Shown here: positions 1-12,391 of the stretch, piece by piece | Layout of the letters: each line of letters begins with the position of its first letter | Numbering within the stretch: position 1 is the stretch's first letter | NCBI GenBank assembly: GCA_900617105.1 | Contig: UYFQ01000561.1 | Location: 62,001 to 121,910 of the forward strand | Direction of reading: 5' to 3' | From: Hydrurus foetidus | Taxonomy: Eukaryota | DNA length: 59,910 nt | Notes under the pieces: generated by a model | Seen by the model: only the letters and a program-made list of their open reading frames with translations | Database searches by the model: none | What the model was told of the DNA's origin: nothing | Program-made: the position numbers and the translations under genes

Positions 1-1102
1 CTGGAGAGACTTCTATTTCAACGCCAAAAAATAAAGACGATGTCAAAAATTGCTTCGCTGGATCCGAGACCGTCAAGTTGGAATCGGGAGAAGATAGACA
101 GATTTCACAAATTGTTGCAGGTGACAGAGTGTTATCAGCTGATGTAAAGGGAAGATTATCTTTCTCTGAGGTGGTGTTTGTGCCACACAGTGCAAACAGA
201 GACAGTGCTGTGTTCGTGCACATCACCACTGCTAGCGGTCGAGACATCAAGATGACGAAGAGTCACGTGCTTCCAGCAGGTGCATGCGGCTCGTCCTCAC
301 CGCTGCCTCTCAAGCATGCATCGCAGGTGGCGGTGAGTGACTGCGTGACGACAGTCACAGGAGAGGAGAGAGTGTTGTCTGTAGGGACCATCCTGGCTGA
401 AGGACTGTATACCGTCGTCACGAAGGAAGAGTTCGTTGTTGTGAACGGAATCATCGCATCACCATTCGCACACAACCACGCACTTGGCAACCTGTACTAC
501 CACATTCATCGCTTCCTCTACGACACAGCTCCTTACCTGCTGCTCTCTCCGTTCTTCGGGACACTCAATGAGGTCAGCACTGTAGACCAAACGAATCTTG
601 TCCGCTCCTATCGAGTGCAGTGCTGTTTTTCTGTCTGTCTTTGTATTCTGTTTTTTGTTTTACATTCGTGATGACTGTGTATGGTGCAACACTGTGAAAT
701 ATTGTGCGAAATTATACCATTACACGTTCGATGAGTAGCGATGTGTTACGTTGTGCTGCAATATGATGAATGTGTCATGAAGTTGTAGGCCACTCTTTTC
801 ACTTCACCAAACTTATCCTGTCTCCACTGACCTCTCTCTATTTCTGTTCGCCCTTCTCTTTCACTAACAAACGCACTCTTTCTCTCTCTTTCTCGGTCAA
901 TCTGACTCATGAGGCCAACTCTGCACTCTTCATCTCCATTGAAACATCCCCCAATCTGTCCATCCCATTTCACAGCGGGACCGACAGACTGACCAATATC
1001 CACCACTCAATCTCTATCTCCATCTAAATTCATTTCTATTTCTATCCCTTCTAATTACAGGCTATGGGTGTCCTGCCACATCTCACCGGCTATACCGTGT
1101 AA
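1..1102 (+). CDS. Hint/Hog-domain (Hedgehog-type autoprocessing) protein, C-terminal part; 5' end lies outside the window
   Basis: Frame 3 is open from base 3: ...KDDVKN-CFAGSETVKLESG (Hint block A, Cys at 51-53), then TKSHVL (TxxH, block B) and GLYTVVT..VVNGIIASPF (C-terminal Hint strands), then HNHALGNLYYHIHRFLY. A GT-AG intron at 573-1060 (gag|gtcagc ... ctaattacag|gct) leads to a last exon AMGVLPHLTGYTV* at 1061-1102. Confidence 0.9.
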
Positions 1103-2947
1103 CGGCTTCTTGATGCCGTAAAACAATCCTACCACTCGACACCGTCTACACTACACTTATTCAAATACACGAGAAAAACGAAAAATGTGGAATTTAAATG
1201 TTCGAATTATGTAGACTGATATGATATAAGAAAATATGATGAAACGTTGGTTTGATTTACGATAAACATTTAGACTGCTGGTCAAAGCACGATTGAAACT
1301 AAATATTAGGGAAACAATAGATGCTTAAAATGCCTCCATATCACCAACTGCCACAGACACGCACCCACGCATACTTCCGTACATTTCCTCCATATTCTTC
1401 AATCCTTTATTACCTATTTAAGCGTGTTTACGTTTTACCGCTTACTTGTTTGTTTCATTATTTTACTGAATTGTGCCACTGCTTTCAAAATGTCAGTTTC
1501 CAAATATTATGAAAACGAGAGAATACCTAATATTTGACATTCACGAGACATGTATTTAGTGATATTGCGGAGTAATTGATGCTGTTACATCGATGAGGAA
1601 AGTGATCAATTCTTGGATGAAATTGTAATTCGATGATGATAAAAATAATAGATACAGATGCATTGATTTTTCAAGAAGTTAAGATTGTAAAGAACGTTTT
1701 TCCACTTTGTGGTAATTTTTGTATGTACGAAGTACGTACGTCCTCAGATTCGTGAAATTGAATTATGAGTGGGTGTGAGGGGATGGTGACGTCAATAATC
1801 GATGCAGCAAATACAATGAAATCGCAGCAAATTTGGATGATCTCCGTTGAGAACTTTTACTTTCTTTCCCCCTTCCGCAAAATCGATTTGCTCTATTTCA
1901 ATCTTACTTGATAACAGTTCAGTACAGTCGAGAAAAAGAGAGAAAAGGAGGAAAGGGGAGAAGGTTCTCCTGGCTTGCACTTCAACTGACGCCCAATGTC
2001 GAAGTGACTGATTCACATCACTAGCAGTATATCTCTATCTGATAAATATCGTTTAATTTGATTTGCTTAATTCAATTCAATTTTCTTTTATTTTTTCAAC
2101 TTCGTCCAATTCAGTTGGAGGTGACATGCTTTGCTTTACCAGTGTCCGTTCATAAGAGTGAGCTACAGGTCCGTTACGCCCATCATGTGATGTGTCCTGT
2201 AGCCCCCCAGTATCATTCTTCTGTAACCTCGATAGTTACCATCCGACCTCATTCTAGGCTGCGATTCAATGATGCCCACAGACTCTACAAATTTTAAATT
2301 TCGAAATCGTCCGCTTGAAAATCGAATATCCAATGTCTGAGATGTCCGGCATATTTTTTGAATCAAAAATGTGGCTCGAGAAAAACGTTGCGGTCGAATT
2401 TCGTGTTTGTTAAGTTAGTGACAAAATAAAATTAATTACTGCCGAATGCTTGGATGATTTCTGCGGCTGAAGAGGTACTATGGATCTGCTGATTCTAGAT
2501 AATGTCTCTACAGAAAGAATCGGTTTGAATTCAATTGAATTGAATTGAACTCTTTTGAGGGGTGGAGAAGATGATGAGGAAGAAGATGAAGATGGATGAT
2601 GGGAAGGAGAAGAGAAAAGGAGAAGATAGGAATAACAGAGAAGATGAATTGAGAAGGAGAGGAGGATGGCGAGGGACGGAAGGGGGGGAAGTGAGAGGGG
2701 ATTTGCGTGAACAGATAGATATTGCCAAATGAAAATAAAAATGAAATGGAGATGATGAGATAAGTGGTGTGTGGGATTAGGCCAGACTAACAAGTAGAGA
2801 GAGAGTGTAAACAGCTAAAGGAGGAATGGGTGAGAAAAGAGGAAAGGGCAGGACAGGGGAGAAGATCAGAGTAATGATGTTAAAAATGTAGATAATCAAG
2901 AGTTGGAAATATTCCCTGTTCTTCGCATCACAGTACGTCAGTCCATA

Positions 2948-3964
2948 TTAATAGCGGAATCTAGTGTTTTCTTTTTCCCTTTTGATTTCATAGGCTTGCT
3001 CTTCTGCCGCTCTAACTTTCGCTCTATGTGAAGTACAGTACGTGCAGTTAGTACGTCAGTACGTTTCGTGAAAAAAAGAATGGGGAGAGGAGAGAAGAGA
3101 GAATGGTGTGATAAATTAGATGTAGCGATATAAAATTTTCAAAACAATCAATGAGATGTGAGTTAGGATAACAATGATAATTGTTGGTTCGGATGATAGA
3201 ATTTACGATAGGAATATTAAGCGAATAATGTCATCTCTTTGAGTATGGAGAAGAAAAAGAAGTAATTGCGATTACGGTGTGTGGCTGTTATAAAGAGGTT
3301 ATCGCATCGCCATGAATCGAATTGTAGCCGAAATGCATGCACCTCTAATTATATTATCATTATGTATTCTTATCATGTTTTCTCATCATGTACATCAACC
3401 ACTCTCATTGAGTATTCTCATCACATTTCATCATCGCATTTTATCGCGCACATATGATATCCTCGATGATAACCATCGTATCACACAAGATTACTACGGC
3501 ACCGTCACTTTCTCCCACTCACCTCTCAGCATCTATTACAGCTCTGCGCGCCAAATCGATTTCGATGTATTCTAGTCTCTTCTGGAAATGCCGAGGAAGT
3601 TTTCTATAGGCGAGGCTCAGCTGCTTGACTGGAGGTGGTAAGGGGGATGAGAGTGGTTAGTGCAGTGCGGTGAAGTGTAGTGCAAGTAAGGGGGAAGTGT
3701 AGTGCGGTAGAAGAAAGAAGAGAGGCGTGGTGTGATACATTGTTATGCAATCATTTGTGTTGTGTATAGTGCTGCGTAATGCAGTGCGGTGTAGTGAAAG
3801 AGGGGGGGGGCGCAGTGAGATACAGTGCAGTGCAGTGCAGTGCAGTGCAGTGCAGTGCAGTACAGTACAGTACAGTACAGTACAGCAGGGAAGTAAAGTG
3901 TGATCTCGTGATGGAAATTTACGGGTCATGTTACAATAACAATAACCCCTCCTGTAACCCACGC

Positions 3965-4054
<90 letters not shown>

Positions 4055-4342
4055 CCTCTTTCTCTCTCGCACACACTCTCTCTCTCTCACCTGGCGGCAT
4101 ACCCTCGTCTTGCATCTCTTCTCGTGCTGCTGGTCGTATGTTGAACTTAGTGGCGAGCTGAGCCACTACTTCAACGTAGTCCCGCATGTCCCTACATAGC
4201 GATGGAAGTGATGATGGTGTGATAGTGATAGTGATGGTGATGGTGAAAGTCCTGATGAGGGACAAGTGGCGGATATAGGGGCGGCTGAGATGTGGGTGAG
4301 ATACAAGTGCGTTTTGAATTGATTGTGCTTAATCTGTGTATC

Positions 4343-4379
<37 letters not shown>

Positions 4380-7300
4380 GTGTGTGTGCGCGCAGTGATT
4401 GGATGTTACCATGCGGGATGTAAATATGATGCAACAGTGTTGGTTAACATCTCACTACGTCATACACTGCAATACACCACACACCACATCACACTACACC
4501 AAAACATCACATATGACGCCACACTACACTACACTACACAACACCGCACTGTAGTACATCACACTACATCACACCACATCACATCACACTACATCACACC
4601 ATGCCACATCACATCTCGCACTATGAAGTGACTATCTTACTTTCTGGCGAACATGCTCATAACTCTTCGCAGTGACCGTTGAAGATCTTTCTGTCTCAGC
4701 AGATCAGGCGACTCGATACTGAGAGAGAAGGAGAGAGGGGACAAATAAAGGAGGAGGAACAGAGAGGGTGGAGGGAAGAAGAAAACGAAGAGAGAAAGAT
4801 TAGAAGAAAAAAAATGAAACTAATTGGGAAATGCGAAGTGAAAGGAGTGACGTGAAAAAGAAAGAAAGAAAAAGCGAAACTAAAAGAAGGAACACAAAGA
4901 AGCGATATAGAAGAGAAAAAGATCCAATTTGTGAGGTATTATGAACGTTATTGAGGTCGCAGTAAAGCTTGACAAGAACACTTCAGTGCTAAAAATGGCC
5001 AGCAAAAACGCCAGAAAGACAAATACATCAATTTATCTCACACACAGTTGTTGAAATATTGCAAATCAGTGTTCAGCTGTAGCCGATCCAACATAGACAG
5101 GAGATCATTAGAGTTAGTTAGCGCACCTTTCTACGTGTGCGAGTACTTCAGTTGTCATTTCGACATTGTTCACTTCCACCATGACCTCCAACAGCAGACC
5201 ATAAGAAACTTAAAAAGAAAAAAAGAAGAAAAAAAGGAGAGAATAAAATAAAATAAAAATAAAATGCTTGTAGAACATTTGTTTTTGTTCTTTTTTTATT
5301 CTTGTATTTTTCTGTACCAAGCGTTCTTACAGGATTTCTCGGTAAAATTAAGAATGGAAAATAGATACATTTGATTACTCTGCCGTGGTGAGGGTATTTG
5401 ATGTTTGCGAAACAGAGATGATAGTGATAACGAGAAATGTTTAACTGGTGAAATAGTAGGCCATTAATTCGTTTTTACTTCAGTCTGAATTTGATCAATC
5501 TGTCCATAAAAATATCGGTGTGAAGAGAGTATGAAGAGAAATCAGTGCAATAGATAATCGGCATTGTGTGAAAGAGCCCACATGCATTTTTGTTGAATAA
5601 ATAACTCTGATCTGTGTCTTTTTCTCTTGTTGTGTTATGCTGTGTTATCTCTTATCATCTTGCGATTAAATCGATTAAAATGGAACCAGTTATCAAACCG
5701 TATAATTATATATCGAGTTATTCTATCTAAGTTACGCTAGATGATGTAAGAGTTATGATATCTAAGTCACTACGGAAACACAGCAAACAGTTGAATTGGC
5801 TATACGGAATACGGTATACATCATACGGTTAACTCACTTGCGTCTGGCTGGCACCCTGCCCCTTCCATGGTTTGAAGCACAGTGAGGGCTGACGTTGCTG
5901 AGGGCTGAGAAGAATAGATAGATGGATGGATTGATGGATGGATTGTTAGATAGATAAATAGATAGATAGATAGATAGGTAGGTAGGTAGATAGATAAATA
6001 GATGGGATGGTGTTGGAGAGTGTCAGAGAAAAGAGGTAAGTGTTACTGTTGTTGTCGACTGAGCAGAAGGCTCATTCTTTGTGAATGATTCAATTCATTT
6101 TATTTTAATGCTGGACCCAGGCAGTCACACAAAGAAAACAAAATACACTAAATAAATAAAAAAAAGAACATACTCTATTGTACTGTACTGCGCTGCACTA
6201 TACTTTACTGTATTGTAACGTACTGCACCGTACCGTACCGTACCTGTTTAGCGCGCGCCGTGGCGTAGAGCAGAGCATTGTGAGCCTCCGTGTCCGCCTT
6301 CAAGCCAAACAACCCTGAGAAATAAAGGAGAGTGAAATAAGGATCATCTATATTAGATGAAGCCAAATGAAAAAAATAAAGATGTTGAATGAGGAGGGAG
6401 AAGAATGATCTCATGCGATGTCGATGTAAAAACAAAAATTTTCGCAAGTTCAAATTTCAATGAAATGGATCGCTGTGTGACAGTGGAGCCGAAGCGGAAG
6501 AAGACATACACTTCACGTGTGCTTATATTAGATTGGAACTCGTTTACACCTCGTTGATGCGTGATGGGAGATAGTTGTCAAGGATCAGACATGTTGTCAG
6601 TAACTGGCAACCAACACAGTCTAGTCTGTTCGATGGACGTACGACTGATCGCACCATCTTGCGATCAGAGCTTGTGATTTATTACAACACACTAATGAAA
6701 AAAGGTCCCAGATCTCTTCTTGTTGCACACACGATGACAGTGCATACGTACATACGTACATATGTACTTAAGTGTGTAAGTGCGTATGTGCGTGCGTACC
6801 AGTATATTCCTGGAATGTGGCGAATGCTCGGTCCAGTTGTCCCATTCGACCAGCAGCCATTATCACGCTGAGAGTGCAATAGATACAGTATGGTGTGATT
6901 CAGTGCAATGCAATACAACAACATGGATAGAACACATGTTATGGGGTACAATGTAACACAAGTAATGCAATATATCGCAACACAATACAATAAATAATGT
7001 TCCTTGCTTTGCCTGAGGGTAGAGAAGTTTACATCTCCATTTCTGGTCATTTCATTTCACACAATACCACATCATGCGATGCAGTGCAACTCAACGCAAC
7101 GCGCTATTAAGCCAAAACTAAATCTAAAAAGGCCTATCGATAATCAATCTTTTTCTGAAATGACGGTGAGCACTTTGTACGTACGCGTTCAGTGCCAGTC
7201 TGGGTACGGGGGTTGAGTCTTCGCTGGTGCTGCTGCGGAGTAGGTCTACGAGAGCGTAGTACACCTCGTCCAGTCTCTTCACAGATCTGTCGGGAGAGGG

Positions 7301-8028
7301 AGAGGGAAGGGGTGAGAAGGGGGATGAGAAGGGGGGTAGGAAGAGAGACGAGAGGGAGGGTTGAAGGTGGAGAGAAGAGAGACGGCAGGGATAGGGGGGA
7401 GGGGAGGAGGAGAGGAGGCGAGGGAAGAGAGTCGTAAAAGAAAAGAAGGCGGTGAAATGATCAAGTCAATCGATCTCCGCAAAGAGAAATCCATCAATCG
7501 GTCGAGATGAAAGAAAATGAAAGAACAAAGAAGGGAAAGGAAGGAAATCAAAATAAAGATGAAGAGATAAAGAAAAGGGTCAAAGATGAGGTGGAAATCG
7601 AAACGTAGTGTAGTGTAGTGTAGTGTAGTGTAGTCTAGCCTGTGAGATTTAATATGCAGTCTAACAGTGAGAAGGTGCCATTTATCGTAACTACCTCATC
7701 TAGTTTATTCTGTGCGATGGAGTATTGAATCGAGGGAGGGTAGAAGTTACTTTAATAGTCCGGTATAATATTGCTTTAGTGTGTGCAGAAAAGTATTTCA
7801 TCTTGCAGAGAGAGGGAAGGGAGTATCTTGACAGTGCACTTTAACCCAGTCTAATCCAGTGTTATTTGTGCGTGCAATGCAATGCACTATTTAGTCTCAC
7901 ATTCTGTTGGCGCTCTGCGACACGAGGAGATCCACCCCGTTCCTCTGTGCTTCGATCAGAGCGTCTAGAGTACCCATGACGTCATCATCGCCTAGAGGTA
8001 GAAAAAAAAGAAGAAAGAAAGAAAGAAA

Positions 8029-8097
<69 letters not shown>

Positions 8098-11000
8098 AGT
8101 GATAAATAAAAAGTTAATAAAGGTGGAAATGGTAATGATAAAGAATATGAGAGGTTTGAGGGTAAACAGGTTTGTGATTTATTTGAGAATATTGGGTTTT
8201 GTGGTATTATCTTGTGCTGTCTTTTCAGTGTAAAATTATATGATATGATATGATATGATATGATGGGGCATGACAGAACATTCGTATAAAGTAAAAGCAC
8301 GGTTCTTGTCTGTGATTCTCGATGTTGGGATACAATTGTTACGCTGGAGAAAAAGAATGTGAATAATAGGAGATAATTCAACAGAACAACATAGAATAGA
8401 ACGGTATGGAGAAAAAAAGAAGAAGTGAAATAGAATGAAATAAAACAAAGCACAACACAACGAAACAAATTGAAATAAAATTGAATATAGTGATAATAAA
8501 CAATAATTGCCGAAAGGGTAAATATAACAGAACACAACACTTTCCTCAATAATTAAGACATAGGAAAGCTACACACTACATTACATTACGTAAGGCAATG
8601 AAGTACTTACCCAGACATGCGTGTGCACAGCACAGGTAGTCAGATCGGTCAACGCTATATCCGTGTTTAATCAGTAACTGTCGTGGAAGTCAGTGAATTA
8701 GGATTGCGTACTTACGAATTGACGGCATATCAATTGTCTGACTCCATCAACGGAACAAGAATGATTGTGATCTTCACTTTCAAGCACTTTGGCAGGAGGA
8801 GAGAGGGCTCACTGATCATCACTTACTCAGTCTCTAATTGGTATTGGTTTCTAACGCCTCCGCAGTGACGGTGTTTTACTGCTACTGTGTACTACCGAAA
8901 CAGAATTAAGTGTCCGAAACAAAGAACGAAAACAGGGTTGAGCACTGTTGCAATCATCATTTCATTTCCACCTTACAATCGTTCATATTGATCGGACATT
9001 TTATTCTGTCTCGGTTGTATCTCATCTCACACTCTTGATCTGAAGTTGCGCTAACAGTAATCCCATTTCCAACACTAATTCGGCACATGTAGAACCCAAT
9101 TATCTTGGCTCGATTGCAGTAGTGAATATATCTGCTCAATTTACTACGACACTCACTCACCTTGATCGCGGTGCCTGCCAGCAGTCCATCTCCTTCGGCA
9201 CTGGCAAGCTGGATAACAGAATGAAAACATAGAAAATAAAATAGGGAAATTAGAATATTGAAAAATCAATAAAGAATGTTGAATAAGTGAGGAGAACTAC
9301 AGGAATCGAAAACGCAGTGTTGTAAAATGGAAAAAAGGGGGTTGAGTTGTTATTTAGGAAAAAGGGGATTGACCTTAGCGTTTACAAGGGATGTTAGAAT
9401 GTTTTATCGCACCTGTAGGTTCCTACTGATTATCCCTCGCTCTGGTCTCTCTTTGAACTCATCGGCAAACCAGGTGCACAATACTCTTAGAAGCTGTTCA
9501 GGATATTAGATGCAAATAATATTAATTGATGGGGGTAAGAATATCAGGTTGACACAGGAATAATTGGTGGCATGTAAGAGAGGTGACTGTAGCAAATTAA
9601 TATCTCTATCGGGCAGTCAGTCAGGCAATCATTCACTAAATTTATCTATGCGTCTGCTTCTACATTAAGCTACTTTCTGTCAGAACGCTTCAGTACGGAC
9701 GTAAACGAGTTGAAATGTCCATAAGGCTGCAATTTAAGTTTCTTTCTTTCTCTCTTTTCTTCAATGCACTTTTGACTTATGAACTAACGCTCTCCTTCCC
9801 TCCCTCCCTCCCTCCCTCCCTCTCCTCGATCCTTCCCCCTCCCCTCACCCCACCCCACATGTTTCCGTCCCCCACTCATGAATCCTTCCCTTCTCTCTCT
9901 CTCTCCCTTCCCTCCCTCCCTCCCCTCCATCCATCCATCCATCCCCTCACCCATTCACACATCTCCCCCTCCCTCACTCCCGTCTTCCCTCACCTTGACA
10001 TCACCGTCGAACAATCCATGGTTCATCAGGTACTCACAGAACTCCACAGGAGGTACGTGTCCGTGTTCTGTCATGTCGTTCAGCACCAACAGTACGCTGT
10101 CTCTCTCCCGCAGTAAACTGAAATAGGGGAGAGGTTAAATGTTTGGTATAATGCAGGGCAGTAAAGTTCCGTATAGTTCAGTGTAGTGTTGAATAGTGCA
10201 GTGCAGCATAATACAGTGTAGTACAGTTCGGTATATCACAGAGTAGTGTAGTGCAGTGTGGTGCATTATATTACAGAACAGTACAGTACACAGTAGTATG
10301 GTAATGTGCGGTGTAGTGAAGTGTAGTGTTGTGCAGTGTACTGTGGAATGGTTCGGCAAAGAGGATGATTAACAAATGATCCACCTGATGAATGCCTGCA
10401 TGCAGAGGTGAGATGTGTACGTACATACGAATATTGATAATCGATATTTTGATGTACGGCATAGTTTGACGAAAGTAAAAAAGAAGAGCAAAAGATTTTA
10501 AAAAAGATGAACACATATACACATAGAATGTGATAAATATCCTAAGTAAGAAAAATCATATCAGACATGTCATATGTAGACCGATTTATATGATTGGATA
10601 GAGATGTAGCGGTGCCGCACCTGTACGCAGTTGTCACTTGCACGAAAATCTGAAGGTGAAAAAATGAAAATAAATAAATGGATACGTACAGAATGAGTGA
10701 TAGAGATGGAGAAAGACAAAGAGTGGAGATAAAGATGAAAATGAGGAGTGCAGGAGAGTAACATGGGAGAGAAGAAAGTAAGAATGAAATGGTGTCGTTT
10801 CTGTGATGTCGTGCTCTCATTAATGAATAAAAAAGATAAAAGACAACAGGAAACGTACGGTAAGAAATAGCTTGAAATGTAATTACCTTGGGATCAGTTG
10901 CCCATCCGCATTCCTTGGACACTTTTAAATATACACTGCAAAAGAAAGAAAAAGAGTCGCGTGATTAATATAGTGAATTCAAAATGTACATGATGTGTTT

Positions 11001-12352
11001 AGAAAATAGGTTGGTGGGTTTGCAGGTTCATGTAAGATGGCCATGCGCGTGACACCTTAACAACGCATTGAAGTCAAGTACGCACGTGTCATAATCGAAC
11101 GATTGAGTACAATAACAATTTGCATATCTCGTTCCGTTGCTCGGATAAGAAAACAGTTTTTCTGTTATTTCATACGAGTTACGAGATTGTGTAGTTGGCT
11201 CTATGCAATCATTTCTCAGATTAATCATTTCTCACAGATATGGCAGGCAGAGTATTCATCGTGTTAAATGTCCTATAAGAGTATTGTCTTGATAAATGCG
11301 TTGATTAATATAATTCATTTCGACTATTGTACAATTGGAGTTACAACTCGACAGTCACACTTCTGCCGCACTAGAAATCGACTGCCAAAATAACTTTAAT
11401 CGTTCATTCAGTATTCTTCAAATACATTTCAAGACGTTTCAAGAAAATTTCTCGAAAGTATTTTAGTGATGACACCGAGAAGAATAACGACACTGAAGAG
11501 ATGATGATGAGGAAGGGAAAGATGCACACCAGAATATAGTCGAATGAAAGTAATGGTGACATCTAAAGTACATGACTTTACAGCGACTGATCATGTGGCA
11601 AAGTACAGTGGAATAAAAGAGACATACTTCAATCTCCTTTTTATTTCACTCACTTGTAGTAGTGGTCAATGTCCTGTCTGCAAATCATCTTATACCTGCA
11701 TGAAAAAACCGTGTTGTAGAAAAAAACGTCATGAAAAAAGACACACAGCACAGAGTTGATGATATTTGAATATAAAAAAAGGATCTCAAGTGGATAAGGT
11801 CGTGCTACACAAAGGAGTGATGACAAGTATGCACGTACGTGATGTTCGATAAAAAAGAAATAGAGGAGTGCTATGAAAAAGTCAAACAAAATCGAATGCT
11901 CGACTTTAGGCGTAATCTAATCAGTAAACAGAAAAATACAATACAATAAAATTGACAGCGTGTTGCGTGAGACCGGAAAAATAAAAAAATTAGGAGTGTA
12001 GAGTTCTGTCTGACAATCCAGACTGCTCGATGCAATGTGGACAAGGGAGAGTGAAGGAGAGAGAGGGAGAGGGAAGGAGAGAAAATGAGGAAGGGGAGGG
12101 GGGTAGATATTCGAACAGATTTCTTTTAGAATAAAATCTTAGTTTTGAAAATATCCAGTGGAACCCAAAAGCTTAACTTACACATATTTATGTCCATTTT
12201 CATATGTGTTTCTAAATGTTTCATATTTTTTCACTTACACGTGTTGTTTCTTTGGGTAGGTTGGGCCCATTTTTGACGAAAAGTTATCGATGGGCTCAAC
12301 ACAACTTGTGATGGCCATCAATAGGTTGTACTGCGGATTGTCGAAATACAAA

Positions 12353-12391
<39 letters not shown>

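Noticed and set aside
51..470. True protein-splicing intein
   Set aside because: No terminal His-Asn plus Cys/Ser/Thr and no host extein; the C-terminus is of the Hog type.
1103..2947. Short ORFs between the Hint and PPR genes
   Set aside because: No recognisable motifs or consistent exon chain; low-complexity intergenic or 3' UTR sequence.
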